DNA of 64,000 nucleotides from Phycisphaeraceae bacterium (GCA_020639195.1 JACKHB010000004.1:1-64000), one strand, 5' to 3'. Positions 35,875 to 45,973 are shown, counted from the first letter of the stretch. Notes: a model not told the origin generated them from the sequence alone. Made by a program: numbers and translations.

Positions 35875-36482
35875 TGATCTTCCCGGGGTCTCAGGATGTC
35901 GCCGAGCATCGCCTCGGCCTGGGCAACCGTCGGGGCGGGTGGGTCGAGCGGCAGGCGGAGGATGGCGAAGCGATCGCGCACGTCGATCCCCCAGGCATCG
36001 ATCGCGACCGCGATGGGCTGGGCGGGTGTCACTCCGACTGTTCGTCGACACGCGGCGGCGAGCCGATCGGGCGAGACGTTGAGGTGCTTGAGTAGCGCGA
36101 GTTCGGCGGGTGCGAGCGGATTGCCGAGATCGACTTCCATCCCGTCGATCACGTGCCCATCGACCTTGAAAGCCTCGGCTCTGAAGGCCGCCCACCGGAG
36201 GCCATGGGGCGCCCCGTGGTAGGCAAGGAAGCGATCACAGGCGGCGTCCCGGTCCGGATCGATGAGGTCGAGCAAGGCGAGAATCTGGACCGAGCCGCCG
36301 CGATCTTCGGGGACGTGGACCACAAACTCGTCGGCGGCGAGGGCGTCCTGCGGGACCGGCAGCACCAGGCGGGGCCCGCTTGGATCGAGGACGTACCGCC
36401 CCGCGAACGCCGCGCCATCGTGGACCAGCTCGGCCCGGGTGTTGGATCGCAGGACGTGGGCAACCTGTTCCCGGACCGTCAT
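35871..36482 (-). CDS. hypothetical protein, possibly PNPOx-like/DUF2470-type
   Basis: 203-aa ORF from the ATG at 36482 (MTVREQVAHVLRSN). The track's long Arg-rich N-terminal extension is antisense-frame noise across the histone-like gene. Confidence 0.4.
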   Translation of the reverse strand: MTVREQVAHVLRSNTRAELVHDGAAFAGRYVLDPSGPRLVLPVPQDALAADEFVVHVPEDRGGSVQILALLDLIDPDRDAACDRFLAYHGAPHGLRWAAFRAEAFKVDGHVIDGMEVDLGNPLAPAELALLKHLNVSPDRLAAACRRTVGVTPAQPIAVAIDAWGIDVRDRFAILRLPLDPPAPTVAQAEAMLGDILRPREDQ

Positions 36483-36660
36483 CCGGTGATTCTGTGGGGG
36501 AGAGGCGATCCGAACAAGGTCGCGGCAAAAAAGAACACCGCGGGGCCGATCGGCCCCGCGGCGTATGTGGCGTTCCGGCTCGTCGATGGCCAATCCGGAG
36601 GTGGACCGGCGTGAGGTGCCCCGGATCGACGCTCGACGGGGGGCGTCGCGGGGAGATGGG

Positions 36661-36921
36661 TCACATGCCCATGAGAGGCGCGGGGGCAGCGGCCTTCTTT
36701 GACGCCTTGCGGCGGGCCTTCTTCTTGCCACCCTTCTTCTTGGCAGCCTTCTTCTTGGCCTTCTTCTTTCCGGCCTTCTTCTTGGCCTTCTTCTTGCCAG
36801 CCTTCTTCTTGCCAGCCTTCTTCTTGGCAGTCTTCTTCTTGGCTTTCTTCTTGGTGGCCTTCTTCTTGCCAGCCTTCTTGGCGGCTTTCTTCTTGGCCTT
36901 CTTGCGGGCTTTCTTCGCCAT
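36661..36921 (-). CDS. histone H1-like lysine/alanine-rich nucleoid-associated protein
   Basis: 86 aa, almost entirely KKAAKK/AGKKKA repeats (Hc1/AlgP-like). AGGAGA RBS 7 nt before the ATG at 36921. Lies in a lower-GC island (36650-37440). Confidence 0.65.
   Translation of the reverse strand: MAKKARKKAKKKAAKKAGKKKATKKKAKKKTAKKKAGKKKAGKKKAKKKAGKKKAKKKAAKKKGGKKKARRKASKKAAAPAPLMGM
36700..36900. repeat. imperfect short tandem repeats (gccttcttcttg units, period 15-21 bp) encoding the Lys/Ala repeats
   Basis: Visible repetition of cttcttcttggc / cttcttcttgcc units on the plus strand. Confidence 0.6.
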
Positions 36922-37437
36922 CGAAAAGTCTCCTGCGGTGTTGGTCTTGGATGACCTTTGGGTGTCAGCGCGGAACGCCACGATCCAAACGCTGAAGCCT
37001 CACGATTCCTATCGGTGGACCGCGCCACCGATCTTGAGCGAACGCGCTTGAGAGCGCGTCAGCGACACACTTCAACAAGAACCGCCAAGGATTGCAAGTC
37101 GAAGCCGCGCGAATGTGGATGAATGCTCGGTTGCGTGCGCCGCGATGATCAACGCGAGGGCATTGACGACGAGGCGATAACGACTCGCGCACCGCGGTCA
37201 TCGCTCGTCTTCAATCCCTTGATGTCGTGGTTGTCGCGCGCGGCCGGCTTCCCTCACGCCAGCACGTTCGCGCAAGATCGCGGCAACATCATGGCGAGAT
37301 CGCGACATTTCGATGGTCGTGATATCGGTCCCGGCAGTTCGGAGCCGTCTGGCGTCCACGCCGAGTGAACAGCGCCTCAGGTACACTGCGAGCCCCGATC
37401 CGAGACTGTGCGCGCGATCCCAGAGAGGAGTCCGTGG

Positions 37438-38670
37438 ATGCCTTCGATCATGTCGACCACGCTCGCCAACGGACTGAAGATCGCGATGGAACCCATGGAC
37501 TCGGTCCGATCAGCCTCACTCGCGTGGCTCGTTCCGGCCGGCGCCGCGATGGAGCCGCAGGAGTATGAAGGGCTCGGCGCCATGTGGAGCGAACTGCTGA
37601 TGCGGGGCGCAGGCGGGCTGAACTCTCGAGCCCAGGCCGACGCATTCGATCGCCTCGGGGCCAGCCGCGGCGTCTCGGGACAGACGTTCTTTCTGTCGAT
37701 TTCTTCGACGTTTCTCGGGAATCGGATCGACGACGTGCTGCCGCTGGTTGCCGAGATGGTCCTCCAGCCGACGATGGACGCGATCGAACCCGCTCGTGAT
37801 CTGGCGCTGCAATCGCTCGAGTCGCTCGTGGATGAGCCGGCGGAGCGGACGCAACTCGAGGCGAAGCGGCACCATCGGCCCAGCCCGATCAACCGAAGTG
37901 GGCTGGGCACGCCCGAGAGCCTGGCTCGAATCGACAAGAAGACCGCTCGGTCGCAGTGGGAAAGGCTGGCCCGGCCCGACGGCGCGTTCATGGGAATCGC
38001 CGGGTCGATCGATCCGGATCGGGTTCTGGCTCGGCTGGAGCGGATCGTCGGCGATTGGCATGGCGCGACACCCATGCCGCCGCACGGGCTTCGGGGCGAT
38101 CGTGGAGTTCATCACGTACCCGACGAGGGAAACCAGGTCCAGATCGTGGTATGCCATGACGCCCCGCGCGAGGCCGACGCGGACTCGATCCTCGAGCGCG
38201 TGGTGCTCGCGGTCCTCTCCGGCGGCATGGCGGGCCGCCTGTTCACGGAGGTCCGCGAGAAGCGTGGGCTCTGCTACGACGTGCATGCGAGCTATGGCCC
38301 GAGCCGGGACTTTGGGACCGTGTCGGCGTACGTGGGGACATCTCCAGAGCGGGCGCAGGAATCGCTGGATGTGCTGCTGGCGGAGCTGGAACGAATCAAC
38401 GGCGCGTCTCCGGTCACCCCAGACGAATTCGAGAGGGCGATCGTGGGCATGAAGTCCCGTCTCGTCTTCAGCGGCGAATCGACCGGGGCCAGGGCCGCCG
38501 CCCTTGTGAGCGATCTCTTCCGGTTGGAGCGGGCACGCACTCTCGAAGACTGGGCGCTGGCCGTGGACGCGGTGACGCTGGATCAGGTGAACGGTTATCT
38601 GGCGCGTCGGACGCTCGGATCTCTGACGATCCAGACGCTCGGACCGGTGGCGCTCAGCGCATCGGCGTGA
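37438..38670 (+). CDS. M16 (pitrilysin) family protein lacking the HxxEH zinc motif (probable non-catalytic subunit)
   Basis: M16 fold features, but the inverted zincin position reads GAMWSELLMRG instead of HxxEH. AGAGGAG RBS 7 nt upstream of the ATG at 37438. Confidence 0.6.
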   Translation: MPSIMSTTLANGLKIAMEPMDSVRSASLAWLVPAGAAMEPQEYEGLGAMWSELLMRGAGGLNSRAQADAFDRLGASRGVSGQTFFLSISSTFLGNRIDDVLPLVAEMVLQPTMDAIEPARDLALQSLESLVDEPAERTQLEAKRHHRPSPINRSGLGTPESLARIDKKTARSQWERLARPDGAFMGIAGSIDPDRVLARLERIVGDWHGATPMPPHGLRGDRGVHHVPDEGNQVQIVVCHDAPREADADSILERVVLAVLSGGMAGRLFTEVREKRGLCYDVHASYGPSRDFGTVSAYVGTSPERAQESLDVLLAELERINGASPVTPDEFERAIVGMKSRLVFSGESTGARAAALVSDLFRLERARTLEDWALAVDAVTLDQVNGYLARRTLGSLTIQTLGPVALSASA

Positions 38671-38722
38671 TCACGAGGCGCCCGCCGGGCCGACCGCCCG
38701 GCCCGGTAGACTTGCCTCCTCC

Positions 38723-40447
38723 ATGTCGCACCGCGCCCTCAGGATGGTGTCCCAGTACGGTCTTCTCGGCGCGTGCGTTGTGGTCTTGGCTCTGTTCCTG
38801 CTCTACCCCATCGCCCTGACGCTTTGGGGTGGGTTAGAGGCATCTCCGGGCTCCGGGGAGTGGACGTTCGAGCACATCGGCCTGGTGCTGAAGAACCCGG
38901 TCCTGACCGAGGGTCTCGTCAATTCCCTCAAGGTCGCCATGGCGACCACGCTGCTGGCGATCCTGATCGCGTTGCCCCTGGCCGTGCTCTCCGCGCAGTG
39001 CGCCTTCCCGCTCAAGCGGCTGCTGAACGGCGCGGTGCTCGTGCCGCTCATCCTGCCGCCCTTTGTCGGCGCCATAGGGATGCGCGCGCTCCTGGGCCGG
39101 GAAGGATCCCTGAATGCGCTGCTGGGGACGGACTTTGACATCCTCGGACACGGGAAGTTCTGGGGAGTCGTGGTTGTCGAAGCCCTGCACCTCTACCCGA
39201 TCATCTTCCTCAACGCGACGGCTTCGCTGGCCAATCTCGATCCGGCCCTGGACGAGGCGGCCACCAACTTGGGCGCGGGATGGGCGACGCGGTTTCGAAG
39301 GATCACGCTGCCCCTCCTGCGGCCCGGGCTGTTCGCGGGCGCGACCATCGTGTTCATCTGGAGTTTCACGGAACTCGGCACACCTCTGATCTTCGACTAC
39401 TACCGTGTGACCCCGGTGCAGATCTACGACGGGCTGAAGGAGGTCGAGAGCTCGGCCCAGCCGTACGCGCTCACCATCGTGCTGTTGGCGACGGCGATTG
39501 CGTTGTACCTCGTGGGGAAGGTCCTGCTCGGACGACGCGGGCATGTCATGGAGACTCGGGCCGCGAGGGCGGCGGTGGAGCGACGGCTGACCGGAGCGTC
39601 GGGCTGGCTCGCCGCGGGGGTGTTCGGCCTCGTGACCCTCTTGGCCGTGCTGCCGCACCTTGGCGTGATCGCAACCAGCGTCGCCCCGCTGGGAAGCTGG
39701 TACGACTCCGTCGTGCCCCAGTCCTTCACGCTGTCCCACTTCCAGGCGGCCTTGACACACGAGGACAGCTTCGCGGCGATCCGCAACAGCCTCGTGCTCT
39801 CGCTGCTGGCGATGGTCGGGGCGACCGGGGCTGGGCTGGTGATCGCGTATCTGCTGGTGCGAACGACCGTTCGCGGCAAGGCCCTGCTCGATGCGCTCTC
39901 GATGCTGCCGCTGGCCGTGCCGGGGCTCGTGCTCGCCTTTGGATACGTCGCGATGACGCTGCGCTGGCCCCTGGGCCGAGGAGATCCGCTTGAGGGACTC
40001 GTGAGTGTCGTGAGCGCGCAGCCGAACCCGTTTCCGTTGCTCGTGATCGCGTACGCGGTGCGCCGACTCCCTTACGTGGTGAGATCGTGCGTCTCAGGTT
40101 TGGAGCAGACCTCAGGCTCGCTGGAGGAGGCCGCCATGAACCTCGGCGCGAGCCGGCTCACGGCGATTCGGCGAGTCGTCGTGCCGTTGATCATGGCCAA
40201 CCTGATCGCGGGAGGCTTGCTGGTGTTCAGCTTCTCCATGCTCGAGGTCAGTGACTCGATGATCCTCGCTCAGCAGCAGGCCCACTACCCAATCACAAAG
40301 GCGATCTTCATGTTCACCGGACGGCTCGGCGACGGTCCGGCCATCGCCAGCGCGATGGGTGTCTGGGGCATGGCGCTGCTCACGCTCACTCTCATGGGCG
40401 CGTCGCTCATGCTTGGAAAGAAGCTCGGATCGATCTTCCGCGCGTGA
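38723..40447 (+). CDS. ABC transporter permease with two fused transmembrane domains (FbpB/ThiP-like)
   Basis: Twelve TM helices with two EAA-like loops (ATNLGAGWATRFRRITLPLL and AMNLGASRLTAIRRVVVPL). No cognate ATPase or binding protein lies adjacent. Confidence 0.7.
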   Translation: MSHRALRMVSQYGLLGACVVVLALFLLYPIALTLWGGLEASPGSGEWTFEHIGLVLKNPVLTEGLVNSLKVAMATTLLAILIALPLAVLSAQCAFPLKRLLNGAVLVPLILPPFVGAIGMRALLGREGSLNALLGTDFDILGHGKFWGVVVVEALHLYPIIFLNATASLANLDPALDEAATNLGAGWATRFRRITLPLLRPGLFAGATIVFIWSFTELGTPLIFDYYRVTPVQIYDGLKEVESSAQPYALTIVLLATAIALYLVGKVLLGRRGHVMETRAARAAVERRLTGASGWLAAGVFGLVTLLAVLPHLGVIATSVAPLGSWYDSVVPQSFTLSHFQAALTHEDSFAAIRNSLVLSLLAMVGATGAGLVIAYLLVRTTVRGKALLDALSMLPLAVPGLVLAFGYVAMTLRWPLGRGDPLEGLVSVVSAQPNPFPLLVIAYAVRRLPYVVRSCVSGLEQTSGSLEEAAMNLGASRLTAIRRVVVPLIMANLIAGGLLVFSFSMLEVSDSMILAQQQAHYPITKAIFMFTGRLGDGPAIASAMGVWGMALLTLTLMGASLMLGKKLGSIFRA

Positions 40448-40448
40448 T

Positions 40449-41081
40449 CTACGTGTCGGGAGAGTCCTGGGGTTCGATCGAACGGCCGATGGCGTACCGA
40501 CCGTCGAACCAGCGACCAAGGTCGACCAACCGCGCGCGCTCATCGACGAACGGCCAGGTTGGAGAGTCCGCAGGCACCCGCCTGCCGGTGACGGGGCACG
40601 TTGCGTCCGTGCGACCGGTGAGCCGGGCGACGCCGGCGCGCGTGCTCCACGAATCCGGAACTTCGATGATCGCCACGCGCGAATCTCCCGGCGCGTGGCG
40701 CAAGCGAATGTTCAGTCGCTCTGCCGGCAACGCGTCCTCGACCCGATCAGCCCACTCGATGATCGTCACGGCGTCCGGCGAGAGCTCTTGCCAGCCCGTC
40801 GCCTCGAGGTCTTCCGCTCCACGAATCCGATACGCGTCCAGGTGGAGCACTGCGGGCCCAACTTCGCGCCGGTAGACGTTCATCAGGACGAACGTCGGGC
40901 TCGAGATCGCGGCGGAGTCGATGCCCAGCCCAAGCGCGAGCGCACGAACCAACGTGGTCTTGCCCGCCCCCAGCTCACCGATGAGCGCAAGGACATCCCC
41001 GGGCCGGAGCACGGGCGCGACCTCCTCGCCGAGAAGGGCGGTTCGATCAGGGCCTTGGAGCGTGCGCTCGATACGGGGCAT
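40449..41081 (-). CDS. tsaE: tRNA threonylcarbamoyladenosine biosynthesis protein TsaE with a 60-aa C-terminal extension
   Basis: P-loop GELGAGKTT and the YjeE family pattern. Confidence 0.75.
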   Translation of the reverse strand: MPRIERTLQGPDRTALLGEEVAPVLRPGDVLALIGELGAGKTTLVRALALGLGIDSAAISSPTFVLMNVYRREVGPAVLHLDAYRIRGAEDLEATGWQELSPDAVTIIEWADRVEDALPAERLNIRLRHAPGDSRVAIIEVPDSWSTRAGVARLTGRTDATCPVTGRRVPADSPTWPFVDERARLVDLGRWFDGRYAIGRSIEPQDSPDT

Positions 41082-41103
41082 GCCGCGACATTGTTGGGCG
41101 CAG

Positions 41104-42639
41104 TCACACGCGACGGTCGAGCAGCCGGTACTGCACGGCCTCGGACACGTGCTCGGTCCGGATGCGATCCGCTCCTTCCAGATCGGCGATGGTCAGGCTG
41201 AGCCGACGGATCTTGTCGTACGCCCGGGCCGACAGTCCCAACTCGCTCATCGCGTGGGAGAGCAGCGTCCGCGAGTCTTCCTCGAGGACACAGAATCGGT
41301 CGAGTTGCTTGCCGCTGAGCCGGGAGTTCGGCGTGGCGCCGCCCTGCCGCGCGATCTGGCGCTGGCGGGCCTCGGACGCCTGTGCCCGCATCGCGGCGGT
41401 GCTGGTGCCTCTGGCCGGTGCCTGGAGTTGGGCCACCGGAACCGCCGGGGCCTCCACGTGGATGTCGATTCGATCCAGCAGCGGCCCCGAGAGTCGTCCG
41501 ATGTATCGATCCATCTCCCGCCGGCCAACCTCGCCGGCGACCACGTCTCCCCGGGTGGTCGGGTTCATCGCGGCAACAAGCATGAAGTTGGCCGGGAACC
41601 TGACAGCGGCGTGGGCCCGGGCGATCGTGACCACGTGGTCTTCCATCGGCTGTCGGAGCGTTTCGAGCACGTAGCGAGGGAACTCGGCGAGTTCATCCAG
41701 AAACAGCACGCCGCGGTGCGCCAGGCTGATCTCGCCCGGCTTGGGGATCATGCCCCCTCCGACAATCGCGGCGCTGCTGGCCGTGTGGTGAGGCGTGCGG
41801 ACGGGGCGCGTTGTGATCAGGCCGCGTCCGGAGGGCAGTTCGCCCGCCGCGGAGTAGATCCGCGTGATCTCGATGGCCTCATCGGGCGTCAGTGATGGCA
41901 GCACGCCCGGCAGCGCCTTGGCCATCATCGTCTTGCCGCTGCCCGCCGGGCCGATCATGAGGAGATTGTGGGCCCCTGCCGCGGCGATCACGATCGCTCG
42001 CTTCACGGCCTCCTGCCCCCGAATCTGCTCGAAGTCGATCTCAGGCGTTGCCGCGCGGATCATCCCGGCCACGTCCGGCGCCGGCACGGGTGTGGATTCG
42101 ACCTCTCCGTTGAGCAGGCCGACGACCTCCGCCAACGTGGACACCCCGAGCACGTCGACGCCCTGAACGATCGCGGCCTCTTCTGCGTTCGCCGCAGGCA
42201 GCAGCAGCGTCGTCGCCCGCTTGTCTCGCGCCAGCGTGGCCAGCGCCAGCGCACCCTTGATGGGACGCACGCGCCCGTCGAGCGCCAACTCACCGGCGAA
42301 GAAGCACCGCCGCACATCCGGCGCCGCCGAATCATCCTGCGGGGCTCGAATGACTCCCGAGGCAATCAGCAGGCCGACGGCGATCGGAAGGTCGTACACC
42401 GGTCCTTCCTTGCGGATGTCCGCGGGCGCCAGATTGATCAGCGTCTTGCCGGGAGGAAAGACGTACCCGGAATTGGCCAGGGCCGCACGGACACGCTCGT
42501 GGGCTTCCTTCACGGCCGCATCGGGCAGCCCGACGATGGATACGGGCGCGTCGTTGGCCCTTGGAGAGACATCGACCTCGACCTCGCACGCCCGAGCATC
42601 GATGCCTTGCAGGAGGTAGCTCTGGACACGTGCGAGCAT
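41104..42639 (-). CDS. YifB/ComM family Mg-chelatase-like AAA+ ATPase
   Basis: N-terminal Lon-like domain, Walker A GPAGSGKTM, Walker B LFLDELAEF and C-terminal helical domain. The 511-aa span from the ATG at 42639 matches family length. The track ORF extends 220 codons further upstream, Arg-rich and probably spurious. Confidence 0.8.
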   Translation of the reverse strand: MLARVQSYLLQGIDARACEVEVDVSPRANDAPVSIVGLPDAAVKEAHERVRAALANSGYVFPPGKTLINLAPADIRKEGPVYDLPIAVGLLIASGVIRAPQDDSAAPDVRRCFFAGELALDGRVRPIKGALALATLARDKRATTLLLPAANAEEAAIVQGVDVLGVSTLAEVVGLLNGEVESTPVPAPDVAGMIRAATPEIDFEQIRGQEAVKRAIVIAAAGAHNLLMIGPAGSGKTMMAKALPGVLPSLTPDEAIEITRIYSAAGELPSGRGLITTRPVRTPHHTASSAAIVGGGMIPKPGEISLAHRGVLFLDELAEFPRYVLETLRQPMEDHVVTIARAHAAVRFPANFMLVAAMNPTTRGDVVAGEVGRREMDRYIGRLSGPLLDRIDIHVEAPAVPVAQLQAPARGTSTAAMRAQASEARQRQIARQGGATPNSRLSGKQLDRFCVLEEDSRTLLSHAMSELGLSARAYDKIRRLSLTIADLEGADRIRTEHVSEAVQYRLLDRRV

Positions 42640-42736
42640 TGAACAATCATACACCGAACAACGATTGCGGGGGGCGCTGCGACCGCCTGTTCGGATTCTC
42701 TCGGCGGCTCGCCGCACCCGCCGATGAGAGTGGGCT

Positions 42737-45700
42737 ATGCCACGCACCCCCACTGTCTCCGCGCGCCGGTCAAATCCCGGCCGCTCGACCGCCGCCCGAA
42801 CGATTTCGAAGGCCCGGCGCCCTTCCAGAGCGACTGCGGAATCCCTTGAGACCGAGCCATCGCTGTGGAAACAGGCCGCGCGGGTCGGATGTTTGGCCCT
42901 GCTGATCTTCTCGGCCGTCAGCCTTCTCGCGTTCAACGCCGCCGATCCCCCGACACATGCCGTGTATCCGGTGAACGAGCGGGTCGCGAACCTTTGCGGC
43001 CCCGCGGGAGCATGGGTCGCTTCCTCGCTGTATCGAATCGTCGGTTTTCCCGTGTGGATCGTGCTCGCCGGGGTTGGGACCATTGTTGTCGCGCCTCTCT
43101 TCGGCCGAGCGGTCGCCCAGCCAACGTTCCGTGTGATCGGCGCGATCATCATCGCCGCGGCTCTCGCCGGAGTGAACGCGTTGGTCCTGCCGCGGATGAC
43201 TCCGACGCCCGGCCTCGCTGGCGGCCTGCTCGGCGAGGTTCTAGCGGGCGAGTTGGCCCTTCGATTCCACACCGTTGGGAGCCTGGTCTGGCTCACGCTC
43301 ATGCTGGTCGTCGGCGGGTTGGTGGCACTCGATCGCTACATGGTGACCGCGCCAGTCTGGGCCTGGCGCCGCGCTGCGCCCGCCGCACGAGCGGCAGGAC
43401 GGGTCGCCGGCAACACCGCGCGCGGCACAGGAACCGTCGCACGAGCCGCGTCGGGAAGCCTGCTCGACCGGCTGTCGAGCGCGGTCTCCACACCCCGGCC
43501 CGTCGAGGCCGCGGCGGCCCGACCGACCGGCGCCCGAAGCGTGGAGATCAAGTCGGTCGGGCGCCCCGTGGCGCGCCGGGCGGCCGCGGCCTCGGCGGGG
43601 CGGGTCGAGCGCATCCCTGTGGCGCGCCCGGTCGAACCCGAGGACGGGACAGATGAGGACGAAGTCCCAGGAGCGCCGCAGATCTATAGCGAGCAGGAGC
43701 TTCGCGAGAAGATCTCGCGCCTGCCGATTCGGTTCGGCGGTGAGAGCCGGCGCTCAGCGACAGCAGAAGACCTCCAGGATCTCCAGAACGTGGCGGAACT
43801 GGAGGGATACCGCTTCCCAGGATTGGATCTTCTCGAGGATCCGGAGGCGAATTTCACCGAGCGGCTCGAGTCGCACGTCCGCGAGCAGGCCGAGGCGCTC
43901 GAGGCGGCCCTGCAGGAATATCGCATCCGCGGCGAGGTCGCCGGGATCGAGTCGGGCCCGGTGATCACGCTCTACCACGTTCGGCTCGCTCCCGGCACGC
44001 GCGTGTCGGCCCTGGAAGCGGTGTCGAAGGACATCGCCCGGTCGCTGCGCGCCGTCAACATCCGGATCGTCCCGAACCAGGTCGGCAAGGACACCGTCGG
44101 CATCGAGGTCCCAAACTCGGCCAAGGAGAAGGTGCGACTCAAGGAGCTGATGAGCAGCCCCGAGAAGTTCCAGAGGATGCGCCTTCCCATGTTCCTGGGA
44201 AAGGACGCGGCCGGCGACCCGCTCATCGGCGACCTCACGACCATGCCGCACATGCTCATCGCCGGCACGACCGGCTCGGGAAAGAGCGTGTGCATGAACA
44301 CGATCATCATGAGTTTCCTCTACACAAAGAAGCCCAACGAACTCAAGCTGGTGCTCGTGGATCCCAAGATGGTCGAGATGAGCCAGTTCAAGGACATCCC
44401 GCATCTGATGTGCCCGGTCGTCACGGAGATGAGCAAGGCCGCGGCGATCCTCGAGTGGGCCGTCACAAAGATGGACGAGCGATACGAGATCCTGGCCGAG
44501 GCCGGATGCCGCGACATCGCCGGTTACAACGAGCTCACGTGGGACGAACTGAAGGACCGGATGCAGCCTCAGTCGCCCGAGGAGGAGGCCCGGATCCCTC
44601 GCCGTCTTCCCTACATGGTGTTCATCATCGATGAGCTCGCCGACCTGATGATGACCCACAAGGAGGTCGAGGGTTCGATCATCCGCATCGCCCAGAAAGC
44701 CCGGGCGGTCGGCATCCACCTCATCCTCGCCACGCAGCGTCCCCAGGCCAACGTGGTCACGGGCCTGATCAAGAGCAACATGCCATGCCGAGTGGCCTTC
44801 AAGGTCGCCAGTGGCATGGACTCTCGCATCGTCCTGGATCAGAAGGGCGGCGAACTCCTGCTCGGGCAGGGCGACATGCTCTTCCTCTCGCCGCACAGCC
44901 ACAAGCTGATCCGTGCCCAGGGGACGCTTGTGGACGACTCGGAGATCCGGCGCGTGGTCCGTTTCATGCGCGACGTGGCCCGCCCGAGTTTCGAGCGACA
45001 ACTCATCCAGCTCAAGAGCGTCTCCGACGACGAGCAGCGATTGCTCGACACCGAGAACCACTCCTCGGCCAGCCTCGCCGCGGCGCAGGAGGATCCGCTG
45101 TTCGATCGAGCCGTGGAGATCGTGCTGCAGACCAAGCGAGGGAGCGTCTCACTCCTGCAGCGGCGTCTGGCCATCGGCTACACCCGTGCGTCACGCCTGA
45201 TCGATCTCATGGGTATCGCGGGGATCATCTCAGACCACAAGGGCTCGGTGGCGCGTGACGTCATGATCACGCCCGAGCAATGGGAAGAAATGAAGCGCCT
45301 CGCACAGGAACAGGCAGAGCCCGGCGCACAGCGCGACCTTTTCGCCCCGACGTTGCCCGGCACCAACGGACTCGGTGAGCCGCTCGCGGACGACCACGAC
45401 ATGGAGATCGAGGAAGAGGACGACGGCGAGGCCGAAGACGAGTACGTGCAAGACGAGGATGAGGACGACGCCGAGGCTGAAGACGAGTACGAACAGGACG
45501 AGGAAGACGACGACGCCGAGGCTGAAGACGAGTACGAACAAGACGAGGAAGACGACGACACCGAGGCCGAGGACGAGTACGAACAAGACGAGGAAGACGA
45601 CGACGCCGAGGCCGAGGACGAGTACGAACAAGACGAGGAAGACGACGACGCCGAGGCTGAAGACGAGTACCAACAAGACGAGGATGAGGACGACGCCGAA

Positions 45701-45973
45701 GCCGAAGACGAGTACGAACAGGACGAAGATGACGAAGACGCCGAAGCCGAAGACGAGCACGAACAAGACGACGATGACGACGACGCCGAGGCCGAAGATG
45801 AGGACGACTCAGCCACCACCTCCACACGTGACTATGTGATCGAGTTGGACGAAGAACCGAATGAGTCGGATGCCGACAGCTCCTGGGACGAGGGTCCCGA
45901 TTGGGCCGATGTCCCGGATGCCACTCCCGATCGCGAGCCGCCTCGTCGCCGCGGGCGAGCGGCAGGCGGGTAA
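42737..45973 (+). CDS. ftsK: DNA translocase FtsK/SpoIIIE with a long acidic C-terminal repeat tail
   Basis: N-terminal 4-TM domain, motor domain with Walker A GTTGSGKSV and a gamma winged-helix (LLQRRLAIGYTRASRLIDLM). This is followed by about 250 aa of Asp/Glu repeats. Confidence 0.85.
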   Translation: MPRTPTVSARRSNPGRSTAARTISKARRPSRATAESLETEPSLWKQAARVGCLALLIFSAVSLLAFNAADPPTHAVYPVNERVANLCGPAGAWVASSLYRIVGFPVWIVLAGVGTIVVAPLFGRAVAQPTFRVIGAIIIAAALAGVNALVLPRMTPTPGLAGGLLGEVLAGELALRFHTVGSLVWLTLMLVVGGLVALDRYMVTAPVWAWRRAAPAARAAGRVAGNTARGTGTVARAASGSLLDRLSSAVSTPRPVEAAAARPTGARSVEIKSVGRPVARRAAAASAGRVERIPVARPVEPEDGTDEDEVPGAPQIYSEQELREKISRLPIRFGGESRRSATAEDLQDLQNVAELEGYRFPGLDLLEDPEANFTERLESHVREQAEALEAALQEYRIRGEVAGIESGPVITLYHVRLAPGTRVSALEAVSKDIARSLRAVNIRIVPNQVGKDTVGIEVPNSAKEKVRLKELMSSPEKFQRMRLPMFLGKDAAGDPLIGDLTTMPHMLIAGTTGSGKSVCMNTIIMSFLYTKKPNELKLVLVDPKMVEMSQFKDIPHLMCPVVTEMSKAAAILEWAVTKMDERYEILAEAGCRDIAGYNELTWDELKDRMQPQSPEEEARIPRRLPYMVFIIDELADLMMTHKEVEGSIIRIAQKARAVGIHLILATQRPQANVVTGLIKSNMPCRVAFKVASGMDSRIVLDQKGGELLLGQGDMLFLSPHSHKLIRAQGTLVDDSEIRRVVRFMRDVARPSFERQLIQLKSVSDDEQRLLDTENHSSASLAAAQEDPLFDRAVEIVLQTKRGSVSLLQRRLAIGYTRASRLIDLMGIAGIISDHKGSVARDVMITPEQWEEMKRLAQEQAEPGAQRDLFAPTLPGTNGLGEPLADDHDMEIEEEDDGEAEDEYVQDEDEDDAEAEDEYEQDEEDDDAEAEDEYEQDEEDDDTEAEDEYEQDEEDDDAEAEDEYEQDEEDDDAEAEDEYQQDEDEDDAEAEDEYEQDEDDEDAEAEDEHEQDDDDDDAEAEDEDDSATTSTRDYVIELDEEPNESDADSSWDEGPDWADVPDATPDREPPRRRGRAAGG
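45422..45808 (+). repeat. 45-bp tandem repeat, about 8.6 copies, encoding the DAEAEDEYEQDEEDD units at the FtsK C-terminus
   Basis: Consensus unit gacgccgaggctgaagacgagtacgaacaggacgaggaagacgac repeated head-to-tail with few substitutions. Confidence 0.85.

Noticed and set aside
36700-36900. Possible CRISPR-like or short repeat array
   Set aside because: The repeats are in-frame codon repeats (KKAAKK) of a coding gene, with no spacer/repeat alternation. No CRISPR array is present anywhere in the window.
36483-37028. Arg-rich N-terminal 180 codons of the 35871-37028 ORF
   Set aside because: This is the out-of-frame antisense reading of the lysine-repeat histone-like gene. The real gene starts at the ATG at 36482.
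42640-43302. Upstream extension of the YifB/ComM ORF (track 41104-43302)
   Set aside because: The family length (about 510 aa) is met from the ATG at 42639. The extension is Arg/Pro-rich and overlaps the ftsK start region.
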